Under the pieces are notes generated by a model. The model did not search any database. It was given only the letters and a program-made list of their open reading frames with translations, and had not been told where the DNA came from. A DNA stretch of 64,000 nt from Cyanophora paradoxa CCMP329 (lineage: Eukaryota > Plantae > Glaucophyta), in the NCBI GenBank assembly GCA_004431415.1, contig QPMI01000533.1:378643-442642 (forward strand), in the 5' to 3' direction. The stretch's first letter is position 1. Each line of letters starts with the position of its first letter. Below are positions 44,754 to 56,500 of this stretch, in pieces. A program made the position numbers and the translations under genes.

Positions 44754-47700
44754 TCACGAGGCGGAGGCGAGGCCCTCCATTTGGTCCACGAGGGACCGCT
44801 GCTTCTTGTACGCCCGCGCCTGCTCCGCCAGCTCCCGCCACAGCTGCCGCTGTCCTTCCGCGTCTGCGAGCCCGAGCGGTGTCGGTCGCGGGGTACGGCG
44901 GCCCGCGGGGGGTACGGCGCACCGGGGACGGATCGGACGAGGTCCGCGAGCGCTTCGAAGTCTGCGGGGTACGTCAGAGCGGCGCGGAGCGTTTGGCGAG
45001 CGCGCCGGCGCCCCGCCCGCACCGGTGCGGGGGCGGCGGAGGAGGCCGATGGCGGAGAGCTTCGTGGGGAGGGGTACGGGCACGATCCGCTGGGGGCGGG
45101 CGGACATGGCCGCGGGGTGCGGGGAGGATGGCTCGTAAGGGGGGCCGGGGGAGCGCTTGGGGGCGAAGGCGGTGGAGGGCGGGCGGCGCGCGGCGGAGAA
45201 GGGGAGGGGCGAGGTGCGGCTGGGCTCAGAGGGGCCGGGGGCGGCTGCAGCTGCAGGGGACGGGGAAGGGTTGCGGGGGGATGGCTGGCTGGGCCGGGCC
45301 CGCGGGGGCGGCGGAGCGGCGGCCGCGGGCGGAGGGGTACCGGTGCCGTTTGCGAGCGTCTCGGGGCCGGCGGGGGCGAAGGGGCCGAGACGGAAAGGAG
45401 CGGGGAAGCAAAGGCGGCACCGGCGGAGGAGCGGCGGGGGTACGGCGGGCTCCGGTGCGGGGGCCGGAGGGGCGGGGAGGCAGGGGCTGCTCCGGCGGGG
45501 CGGCCGCGGGGGACGATGGGGCGGGGCCGGGGCCCGGGGTGCGAGGGGCGCCGGACGCGCCAGGGGAAGGGGCGGGCGAGCCGGGGCGGGATCCCGGGCG
45601 CGGGGGCGCGGGTGAGCGGGGCCGTCCGGGCCTCCTCCCGCGGTTCGTCGGGCCCTGCACCGCAGAGTCAAACGGATGAGAAAGAGAGGGCGCCAGGTGG
45701 ATTCGAGCCCGGACCTGGTTGGCCTCGTCCTCCTCGTCGCCCCCAGGGGCGGCGGGGGCGCTCTGCGGGGCGGCGGCGGCGCGGGCGGCGGCGCGCGCCG
45801 GCGACCGGAACGGGTTGCCGAAGTTGGGCCGAAGTCGCCCCCGGTCCTCGGGGTCCTCTGGGGGTACGGGATCAAGAGAAGGGGGGAAGACAGCGGGAAC
45901 GGGGCGCCGCACCCGAGAAGGGGTCCCGGGGTACCTCGGTCTTCGCCAGCTTCTCGTGGTAGTTCCTGCACGCGCGCTGGACGTCGGCGGCCGAGCCTCT
46001 CAAGAAAAGAGAGCGAGGATGGAATGAGCGTACCCCATCGCGGCGACCGAGACGCTGTGCCGCTCGGCAGCCTCTTCCACCCCGCCCGCGGGGCTCAGCA
46101 TCCGTCCGTTCACGGGCACCGCCGGCGCGGCCGGCGGCCCCGGGACGAGCCGCCTCAGGTGAAGGGCGCGGAGGGGTAGGCCCTGCAACCCCAGCTCCTC
46201 TCCCCCTCGGAAGGGCTCCGGCGCGGCCTTCGCCGCCTCCGTTTGAGCATTCTCCTTCCACTCCTCGGGTACTGCGATCGCGGAGACGTCAGCGGGGCCC
46301 GGCGTACGCATGTGCACCTGCGGGGTGGGGGGGCCGCGCACGGGACGAGGGGGGCGGGGCGTCGTCGCCTGGGCTGCTCCAGTGCGCAAGGATTGCGAGC
46401 GCCTCGGCCCTCTGCAGTTCCTCGGGCGAGCTGCGGAGATGAAGAAACGGGTAATTCAGGGGCGAAGGCAAAATGCGGGACGACAGAGCGTACCGGGAGG
46501 TCGGGGGTGGCCTGACGGTGGCGGGGGCGGGCGGGGGCGTCGTGGCGGGCCGGACGGGGGCGGGGGAGGGAGCGCCGGTGGGGCCCTGCGCGGGGGGCTC
46601 CGGGGTACAGTCAGCGACGACTGATTCAAAGGGGCTGCCGATTTCTTCGTGCGCACCGGCGGGGCGGAGGGCGGCTGCTGGACGGTCTGCGAGACGCACT
46701 TAGGGAAGGGAGCGCTTCAGGTCAGATCAGATCAGATCAGATCTGACCTGCTGTTGGGCGACGGCGGCGGCCTCCGCCTCCGCCTTGGCCTGCTGCTTGA
46801 GGCGGCGCAGGTACCCCGCCACAGCGTTGCTCAGCGATACTTCCTGGCCCTGGCGGGGGGGGGGAGGGGGGGTATGAGGAGGGTGAGAAGGGAGGCAATG
46901 GGGTAGGGGGTAGGTGAGGGGTGGGAGAGACCTGGAGGGTGTCCGGGAAGACGGCGGGGGAAAGTCCCCAGCGCTTCAGCGTCGTCCGGAGGGGTACGAG
47001 GTAGTAGGGGGGTACGCTCTGCGACCGGGTCGGTTGGGGAAGGGAAACAGGGAGGATGAAGGAGGGTACCGCGAGGTACTTCTCGAATTCGGAGCGCCAG
47101 CGCCCCGGAGGGCCCCCCGACGACTTCGACGCCGTCCACTGCACCCGGGTTAGGGGGGAAGGGGGAGGAAACCGCGGGGGGTACGCGCGCGCCTCGTCGA
47201 GGAGAACGAAGAGGCGGGGGAAGTTGTAGGGGAGGAGGACGAGGAGGGCGCCCTGTCCCCCAGGGGTAGGCCGAATGTACCTAAAAATAGGTCAGGGAGC
47301 GTGCGGGGCGAGGGGCGGGCCGGGGCGGGGGATGCTGGTACCCCACTGGATCGCCGAGGGCGCCGGGGGTCGGGTCGCGGCTGCTGCCCCGAACGTACGC
47401 CTGCGCCGAAAGAGGTCAACGAGGCGCCAGCCGCGCATTATTTGGAGGGGCGTGCGCGCCAGGATCGGGGCGCGTGCCGAGGCCTGCGCGAGGTGGCCAG
47501 AGAGCGGTGAAGACTCCAGCTCGTACCTGTACCCCCGGTCAATCCTCGAGGGAGGAGAGAGGGGGCGAGGGGCAAGCCGCGCCGGGCCGCACCGGTCGGA
47601 GGGAAAGGTATCCGCGAGGCTGCTGAGGGTCCCCTCGCCTATCCGCAGGACCACAGTCGGGTGCGCCCGCCGCGGCGGCTGCGGAGGCGTCAGCGCCGAG

Positions 47701-48984
47701 CGAGCGCTCAGGATTCGAATCGAGGGGGTACCAGCTCGCGGGCGGCGAGGTCGGGCCAGAAGGACTCGGGTAGGGGCCACGTGCCGTGCGCGGCGCGCAC
47801 GATGATCAGCCGGTGCGGGTGCTGCGGGGGGTACCATCAAAGATGGAGAGGAGCAGGGGGGGTACGCGAGCGGGCGGACCTGCCCCGCCCACCAGGTGCC
47901 CTCCGAAGCGGTGGGGCTCGCGAGTAGCTCGAAGTTCAGGCAGACGCCGGGGGGCGCTCTGGTCGGGGGTACGGCGTCAGCGGCGCCGAAGAGTCAACGA
48001 AGCGGGGGGGGGGATACCGGACGGGATCGGCCTCGATCCACTGCAGGAGGTGCTTCATGGAGGGGGCCACGATGAAGCGACCTGCGGGGGGCGGCGTCGG
48101 CGTCGGCGTGGGCGCGCGGGGCGGGCGCGCAGTCGGGGCGCGTACCCCCCGTCTCCTGGCACATGGCGTACAGCGGCATGGGTACCGCATCGGCGCTCCG
48201 CTCGCGCTCGGCGAGCTGCGGGGTACGTGAGCCCCGACGCGGAAAGGCGGAGTGCGCGGCGGGGGAATACCGGATTCGCGTTGTTGAAGGCGGGGAACCG
48301 CAGCGCGGCGGCGAAGACCCGCTGGTCCCAGCGGAACGGCTCGACCGTGAGCTCAGTACCAAGCGAATGGGGCGTGGGCAGGACGAGCTGCGGACGGGTA
48401 TGGGTCAGTGTGGGGGCGGTGGGGCGGGGGCGGGCGGGGGTAGCGGACCTCCTCCTCGATGCCGCGGCGGGAAGTGAACTCGGAGCCGTCCGTTAGGACG
48501 AGGACGATGGATGGCTCGATGAACCAGGGGTTGCGGCCCTGCCCGTAGTTGTCGATGGATGACTGGAGCCGGAACTGGTTGAGCAGGTCCAGCGCCCGCT
48601 TGAGCGCCGAGCCGAGGCCCGTCAGGTCGCGCGCCCGAATGTTTTTGAGCTCCTGCGTGAAGCGCGAGGGCGGGTCCTTCCACCCGATCTGCGGGGCGAT
48701 GAGCGGGCGCTAGGCGGCGGCGGGCGGCTGCGGGCGCGCTTTTACGGCGCAAGGTCCGTCCTCGCACGTGACGAGGAGGTAGCGGTCGCCGCGGCAGTTC
48801 GGGTCGCGGCTCCTGACCTTCAGGAAGTGCTCCACCGCGCTCTTCGCGCAGTCCAGGAGCGACATCCCGTTCGCCGCCCGCTGGTTCATCGACGCCGACG
48901 AGTCGATGAGGAAGCAGATGATCCTGCAGCGCCGCGCGGTGAGCGAGCGCGCGAGTCAAGCTCCCGGGACGGCGGCGCTTACAT
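44754..48984 (-). CDS. INTS6: Integrator complex subunit 6 (vWA domain + C-terminal INTS6/SAGE1/DDX26B/CT45 domain)
   Basis: MIICFLIDSSASMNQR...LLDCAKSAVEHFLKVRSRDPNCRGDRYLLVT; GWK...FTQELKNI...IDNYGQGRNPWFIEPSIVLVLTDG; RHSVSVAAMG/NYHE; NFGNPF; C-terminal LLRRPRT/DFEALADLV/...EQARAYKKQRSLVDQME. Stop TGA 44754-44756. Confidence 0.93.
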
Positions 48985-49234
48985 CTTGGTTTCTCCCCGA
49001 CACCCACGACAACAGTAAGCGATCACGGGCCCGGCATTCGCGGCAAGGCAAGCTTTGAGCGGGTACAAGCAAAACTAAACAGGGGGCGAGCTTTGTGCGG
49101 GTACCGGTAACCCGGAGCCTTTCCTGGCCTGCCACGCAGACGGCCTCAGCGCCCTCACCAATCACCACACGACCTGCCCATCGGATCCAAGAGCGAAGCA
49201 GCCGACCTGGCGCGGCGCGCGCTAGCAGCGGGCG
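48985..49234. promoter_or_regulatory. Short bidirectional promoter/5'UTR region between INTS6 and the CNB-domain gene
   Basis: Only 250 bp separate the divergent predicted start codons (48984 on -, 49235 on +). Confidence 0.5.
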
Positions 49235-52200
49235 ATGCTGGCGGAGGATGAGCCGCCCGAGCCGCCTCCTGCGGATGCAGGAGATGCGGTTGAGCCCGAG
49301 CGCCCAGAGCTGCAGGGCGAGGCAGACGCCGGGGAGCTGCAGGACGACGAGCTTGCGTCGCAAGCTCCGCAGCCGCCTGAGCCGCCCCAGGAGCCGCCGC
49401 AGCAAACCAGTGAGCACGGAGATGTCCCTGTATTAGAGCCAGAGGCGCCGCAGTCGGCCTTGGAGGGCGACAGGCCGGCCTCCGAAGAAGCTGCGCATGC
49501 GGAGCCGGAGGCGCCGCAGCCGGCGGGGCCGGCCTCACCAGTAGCTGCAGAGGCTGCCGAGCGCTCGCCGAACGCGCCCCGCCTGCCGCCCGTCCCCGAG
49601 AACCCAGAGCCGAGCAAGCCAGAGGACTCGAACTCGCGCCGGCTGCGCGACCCGTTCCGGTCGATCTCATTCGCGAAGAGCATCATCGCGCCGGCCCTCA
49701 AACGCGCCCTGTGCGCCCCGGTCCAGCGAGCGCCGCCGCTCCCGACGGGCCGCTGACGCGACGCGGCGCGCTCGCAGGGAGGCCGGCTCGCGCATCAGCG
49801 AGGAGGACGCGCTGCGGCTCTCGGAGTGGATGAAGGCGCGGCGCATCCTCGACGCGATGGACGCCGACGCGCGCCTGCACCTCTGCCGCCGCGTCTGCCT
49901 CGAGGCCTTCGAGGCCGGCGACGTCGGTCCGCCCCAGATCGAATCCGCGCGCGCCCCCTCGGATCGAATCTCGCGCCCCGGCGCAGTGTTCAGGCAGGGG
50001 GACCCGCCGGACAAGTTCTACATCATCCAGTCCGGCTCCGTCGCCATCACGGTCCAGAAGGCGCGCCCTCTCCTTAAGCTAATCTTTGGCTAATCTAAGC
50101 TAAGCTTAAGCTTTAAAGCTAATCTTAAAGCTTAATCTTAAGCTTAGCTTAATTTTAATCTTAAGCTTAGCTTTGGCTAAGCTAAGCCTTAGCTTTAGCT
50201 AATCTGTCCTTAGCTTTAGCCACAGCCCCCACGGGACTATTAAGCTTACCTTTGGCTAAGCTAAGCCCTGTCCTTCATCTTAAGCTAAGCTTAAGCTAAG
50301 CTGCACCCTAAGCTTAAGCTGTCCTTAGCTTTGGCTAGTTCCGAAGAGAATATATTCAGCTCGCCGCGCCTCGTCATCGGCTCTAGCGCCGGCTTCCGTC
50401 CCTCGCTCACCCTCGGCCGGCGCCGCAGATGGACCGATCGGCCGAGGGGCACGGGACGCCTCACAAGGTGCGCGCGCGCATGCCCGCCCCACGCCCCTCG
50501 CCCCTCGCCCCGCGCGTCGCCCGACGCCTGGGGCAGCGCCGGGATCCGAGCGCGCCCCCCGCGGCCGATGGCGGCGGCGCGGGTCCCGACGGCGGCGTTG
50601 ACGACGCGCCGGGGAGCGTGCAGGCGAGCCGCCGGTCGAGCGTGGCGGGAGGAGGAGGGACGACCGCGGCCCTCCCGCCGCGGCAGCGTTGCGCACGCCG
50701 GCGCCGCCGCCGCGCGGCCGCACACGGCCGACCCGCACGGCTCGGACTCGGCCCCCACGAGGCGTCGGGCCGCCCGCACACCGCCGAGCCTCACGGCGGC
50801 GGCGCCCACGGCGGGGGCACAGCGGTCACGGGCAAGGGCACAGCGGGCACGGGGGCACGGCCACTCCGCCCCGGCCGCCCGCCGCCCCAGCCTCGCGCCC
50901 GACGCCCCCGCCCTCGAGCACCGCCGTCCCGAGCCGCCCGCCTCCTCCGCCCCCGCCCCCTCCGCCCCCTCTGTTCCCTCCGCCCCAGGCCAGTCCCAGT
51001 CCACTCCTCCTGCCGGCCCCACGGCTTCGGCCTCGGCCGCCGCCGGGGCGCAGCCGGCGGGGACGGGTACGCGCATCGCCGTGCGCATCGCGGGGGAGAG
51101 CTTTGGCGAGCTCGCCCTCATGTCCTCCAAGCCGCGGTACTCTTTTGATCTCTCAGATCTCTGATTAGATCTTGACCTCCGCTCCCTTTAGATCTCTAAT
51201 TAGATCTTGACGCCCGCCCCCCCCACTCTAATTAGATCTCTAATTAGATCTCTTTCTTACCCCTTTGGGCAGCTCGGCGACGGTGACGGCGCAGGAGCGC
51301 ACCGTCCTCATCGCTGTCGCCCGCGCGGACTACAACGCCGTCGTCAAGGCACGTACCCCCCCTTCTTTTCCATGCGCCGCCGCCCCTTCTCTTGCCCCTT
51401 TCGACTCGCCCGCGCCGCGCAGGCGGCGCAGGAGCGGGAGCAGGAGGAGCGCGCCCGCTTCCTCCGCCAGTTCCCAATGTTCAGGCGCGCCCGCGCCCCG
51501 CCCCCGCCCCCGCCCCGCCCCGTAGGATAGAGGCGAGGGTTCTAGGTCCCAGGCGGAGGCCTCGCCCCGCCCCGCCCGCCCCGCCCCACCGCCCCTCCCG
51601 CCTCTGCCCCGCTCACCGGGGCGCGCACGCAGGCGGTGGCCCGAGGTCGCGCTCCGGCAGGTGGCGATCTTCCTTCGCCTCTGCACCTTCGAGCGCGGCC
51701 AGAGTGCGCCCCGCCCGCCCCGCCCCGTCCCGTCCCGCCCGACGCGGGCGGCCGGCGGCAGCGGTGGTGCGGCTGGCGGAGCGCGCGGAGGGGGTACACT
51801 TCATTCGCGAGGGCGAGTGCAGGGTACCCCCCCTTCCTCCCCCCCTCCCCTCCGACCCAGCTCCGAGCGCCTCCGACCGGCCGCCCGCGCCGCCCCGCGC
51901 CGCGCAGGTGCTGATGCCAGCCGAGTCGCCGCAGTCGCCCCGGGGCGGCCCGCAGCCGCCGGGGGCCCGGCGCCATCGCCGGGCCGGGCGGGGCGGGCGA
52001 GGGGCCCGGGGAGGCGGCGCTGGTGCCGGCCGGCGGCTTCGTGCTGCAGAGCCCCCTCCGCCCCGCCGCCAGCCAGCAGCGCAGGCTCCACGAGGCCTTC
52101 CCCCCCCCCCCCCCCCCTCTCCAGCTTTCCACTTGACTCTGACTCCCCCCCCCCAGGTCTCTGTGATGGCGGCGGGGGAGTACTTCGGCGACATGGAGGC

Positions 52201-53211
52201 CGCCGAGGGCCGCCCCTACCCGTCCGCCCCTTCCCCCCCCCCCCCTGTTCCGCCCCCTCTGAGGGGGCGGCAGGTACGCGCTGGTGGTGACGTCGGCCTC
52301 GATGGTCACGATGTGTTTCTCCAAGGCCGACTTCGTTCGCCGTGCGCGCCGTACCCCCCCGGCGCCCGCGGTTTGTCAGACGTGGGGCGGCCGCAGACGT
52401 GGCGAAGAACCGGGAGAGCGTGAAGGTGATGGAGCACATGGACAAGATGCGCGCCGCGCTGCGCCGCAAGCGCCTCGAGGCCCTGCAGGAGGCGCGCCAG
52501 TACCCCGCTCTCGCCTCCATGCTCCGGCCGGGGTACACCCTCCCCTTGCCTTTTCCCTCTCTCTTGGTGCGATCTGACGCGCTTTTTCGTTCGCAGCTCG
52601 GCGCTCAGGCGCGTTTACTCAGCGCCCTCGGCCGCGGCGCTCGGCTCGCCCTCGCCGCACGCCGCTGGCCCCGCCTCCGCCGCCGCGCCGCCGCGCCGGT
52701 GGCCCCGTCGCCTTCCAAGCGGATGCTGCAGGGGGCGCCCTCGCGGCCGACCTGCGCGAGCTGCGCGCGAGCGCCGGCGGCAGCGGCGCGACGGCGGCGC
52801 TGCTGCTCACGCGCTCCGTGCGCGCCGTGAGCGCCGCCATCCGCGGCCCCTCAACCTGCCCCTCGGCTGGCACGACCGCCCCGAGGAGCGCGCCCAGTAC
52901 CAGCGCGCCCGCGCCCTCGCCGCCCCGCGCCCCCGCCCCCGCCACCCCTCCCGGGCCCAGGCGGTGGCAGGGCGGCGGCGGGGGCGGGGCGCCCGAGCTT
53001 CCACCACCCGGGGCACGAGCGGGCCCAGGCAGCCCTCAACGGCTCCCTCGCCTCTTCCTCCTCCTCCGCCTCCGCCTCCACCTTGGGCGCCGGGGGGCGC
53101 CCCGGGAGCAGCCTGGCGGCCCTGCGGCCAGCCTCGGCCCTCGGGGGCGGCCCGAGCACGCGGCCCCAGTCCCGCCCCGCCTCCAGCCTCGGGCCGGGGC
53201 GCCCGGGCTGA
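49235..53211 (+). CDS. Tandem cyclic-nucleotide-binding-domain protein (CNBD2-like), first CNB domain split by a long low-complexity insert
   Basis: VFRQGDPPDKFYIIQSGSVAI...GESFGELALMSSKPR/SATVTA; second domain FLRQFPMF...VHFIREGEC...GEYFGDME. Probable stop TGA 53209-53211. Confidence 0.85.
50075..50340. repeat. Intronic palindrome-based simple repeat (TAAGCT/TTAGCT/CTTAAG mosaic)
   Basis: ~265 bp made almost entirely of aagctt, cttaag and tagcta permutations within a GC-rich gene. Confidence 0.9.
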
Positions 53212-53324
53212 GGGCTCCCCGCCCCGCCCCCGCTAGGGCGGCCGCTGGCCCATCCTTTCATCAGAAATTCAACTGCAAAAATTGGGAACACGTTTTTCGC
53301 GTGCTAGGGCCGCAGACACCGGGC

Positions 53325-53475
53325 GGGCTAAATTGCCGAATTTCCGTGCACGTGGTGTTATAATTAATTTGCCGAATTAGGCCCCATAGCAATCTACTAC
53401 GTCTTCGATAATAGCAATTTGCCGAATTAGGCCCCCATAGCATAATTAATTTGCCGAATTAGGCCCCATAGGCCC
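53325..53475. repeat. Three copies of aatttgccgaattaggcccc(c)atag next to the satellite
   Basis: Copies at ~53366, ~53416 and ~53447; core resembles the aattcggcaatt motif of the 42.6-43.4 kb MITEs. Confidence 0.75.
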
Positions 53476-53570
53476 CCTGCACTAGTAATGGTCGACGTCT
53501 TCGTTTTGACCCTCCTATTGTTGCCAAAAGTTGTGCCGCCCCCACGTGCACCTCCTGTGATCGACTATGT

Positions 53571-56500
53571 GTCTGGTCGATTTGGCTGGATAAAATAATG
53601 GAAAGCGATTGGCGAGAAACTGAAGCGTTTAATACTAGCTAGTATGCATCTTGATGCTAGAGTAAGGCTCAGTTTCGTGCGGATGCGGTACGAAATTTTC
53701 GTAGATGTATGGCCATACAAAAGCGACGAGGAAAAGGCCAGTTTCGCGGCGAGCTAGCCGAGCTAGCAGCGCGCCCGGCCGGCGTCTTATTGCCCCAGCG
53801 TTCGAGTCCCGGGAAGGGCAGTTGGGGGGAGCGGGGGGGCCTGGGCGGGCCTTGAGCTGCCTTGCGCTGTCGAGGGCTGAAGAGGGGGCCGGGGCGCAGC
53901 GACCCCGAGGCCAACTTCTGCACGGCGAGACATTGGCGCGAAACCCAAAATTTCCCTGCTCTAGATTGCTCTAAACTGCACTTCAGACGTGCTCAGTTTC
54001 GCGCCAATCGTTCGCTGTGCTCCGCTAGAATCTCGGCTGGACATGTATGGCGTCTGGTCGATTTGGCTGGATAAAATAATGGAAAGCGATTGGCGAGAAA
54101 CTGAAGCGTTTAATACTAGCTAGTATGCATCTTGATGCTAGAGTAAGGCTCAGTTTCGTGCGGATGCGGTACGAAATTTTCGTAGATGTATGGCCATACA
54201 AAAGCGACGAGGAAAAGGCCAGTTTCGCGGCGAGCTAGCCGAGCTAGCAGCGCGCCCGGCCGGCGTCTTATTGCCCCAGCGTTCGAGTCCCGGGAAGGGC
54301 AGTTGGGGGGAGCGGGGGGGCCTGGGCGGGCCTTGAGCTGCCTTGCGCTGTCGAGGGCTGAAGAGGGGGCCGGGGCGCAGCGACCCCCGAGGCCAACTTC
54401 TGCACGGCGAGACATTGGCGCGAAACCCAAAATTTCCCTGCTCTAGATTGCTCTAAACTGCACTTCAGACGTGCTCAGTTTCGCGCCAATCGTTCGCTGT
54501 GCTCCGCTAGAATCTCGGCTGGACATGTATGGCGTCTGGTCGATTTGGCTGGATAAAATAATGGAAAGCGATTGGCGAGAAACTGAAGCGTTTAATACTA
54601 GCTAGTATGCATCTTGATGCTAGAGTAAGGCTCAGTTTCGTGCGGATGCGGTACGAAATTTTCGTAGATGTATGGCCATACAAAAGCGACGAGGAAAAGG
54701 CCAGTTTCGCGGCGAGCTAGCCGAGCTAGCAGCGCGCCCGGCCGGCGTCTTATTGCCCCAGCGTTCGAGTCCCGGGAAGGGCAGTTGGGGGAGCGGGGGG
54801 CCTGGGCGGGCCTTGAGCTGCCTTGCGCTGTCGAGGGCTGAAGAGGGGGCCGGGGCGCAGCGACCCCCGAGGCCAACTTCTGCACGGCGAGACATTGGCG
54901 CGAAACCCAAAATTTCCCTGCTCTAGATTGCTCTAAACTGCACTTCAGACGTGCTCAGTTTCGCGCCAATCGTTCGCTGTGCTCCGCTAGAATCTCGGCT
55001 GGACATGTATGGCGTCTGGTCGATTTGGCTGGATAAAATAATGGAAAGCGATTGGCGAGAAACTGAAGCGTTTAATACTAGCTAGTATGCATCTTGATGC
55101 TAGAGTAAGGCTCAGTTTCGTGCGGATGCGGTACGAAATTTTCGTAGATGTATGGCCATACAAAAGCGACGAGGAAAAGGCCAGTTTCGCGGCGAGCTAG
55201 CCGAGCTAGCAGCGCGCCCGGCCGGCGTCTTATTGCCCCAGCGTTCGAGTCCCGGGAAGGGCAGTTGGGGGAGCGGGGGGCCTGGGCGGGCCTTGAGCTG
55301 CCTTGCGCTGTCGAGGGCTGAAGAGGGGGCCGGGGCGCAGCGACCCCGAGGCCAACTTCTGCACGGCGAGACATTGGCGCGAAACCCAAAATTTCCCTGC
55401 TCTAGATTGCTCTAAACTGCACTTCAGACGTGCTCAGTTTCGCGCCAATCGTTCGCTGTGCTCCGCTAGAATCTCGGCTGGACATGTATGGCGTCTGGTC
55501 GATTTGGCTGGATAAAATAATGGAAAGCGATTGGCGAGAAACTGAAGCGTTTAATACTAGCTAGTATGCATCTTGATGCTAGAGTAAGGCTCAGTTTCGT
55601 GCGGATGCGGTACGAAATTTTCGTAGATGTATGGCCATACAAAAGCGACGAGGAAAAGGCCAGTTTCGCGGCGAGCTAGCCGAGCTAGCAGCGCGCCCGG
55701 CCGGCGTCTTATTGCCCCAGCGTTCGAGTCCCGGGAAGGGCAGTTGGGGGAGCGGGGGGCCTGGGCGGGCCTTGAGCTGCCTTGCGCTGTCGAGGGCTGA
55801 AGAGGGGGCCGGGGCGCAGCGACCCCCGAGGCCAACTTCTGCACGGCGAGACATTGGCGCGAAACCCAAAATTTCCCTGCTCTAGATTGCTCTAAACTGC
55901 ACTTCAGACGTGCTCAGTTTCGCGCCAATCGTTCGCTGTGCTCCGCTAGAATCTCGGCTGGACATGTATGGCGTCTGGTCGATTTGGCTGGATAAAATAA
56001 TGGAAAGCGATTGGCGAGAAACTGAAGCGTTTAATACTAGCTAGTATGCATCTTGATGCTAGAGTAAGGCTCAGTTTCGTGCGGATGCGGTACGAAATTT
56101 TCGTAGATGTATGGCCATACAAAAGCGACGAGGAAAAGGCCAGTTTCGCGGCGAGCTAGCCGAGCTAGCAGCGCGCCCGGCCGGCGTCTTATTGCCCCAG
56201 CGTTCGAGTCCCGGGAAGGGCAGTTGGGGGAGCGGGGGGCCTGGGCGGGCCTTGAGCTGCCTTGCGCTGTCGAGGGCTGAAGAGGGGGCCGGGGCGCAGC
56301 GACCCCCGAGGCCAACTTCTGCACGGCGAGACATTGGCGCGAAACCCAAAATTTCCCTGCTCTAGATTGCTCTAAACTGCACTTCAGACGTGCTCAGTTT
56401 CGCGCCAATCGTTCGCTGTGCTCCGCTAGAATCTCGGCTGGACATGTATGGCGTCTGGTCGATTTGGCTGGATAAAATAATGGAAAGCGATTGGCGAGAA

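Noticed and set aside
10802-53211. Functional cluster of ciliary genes (NPHP4, TRPP, TRP-like, CNBD)
   Set aside because: Such genes are numerous in flagellates; clustering cannot be distinguished from chance without synteny data.
53440-53490. Helitron 3' end (ctag)
   Set aside because: No convincing GC hairpin upstream and no matching 5' TC end.
53748-53821. tRNA gene in each monomer
   Set aside because: Acceptor and T stems do not base-pair.
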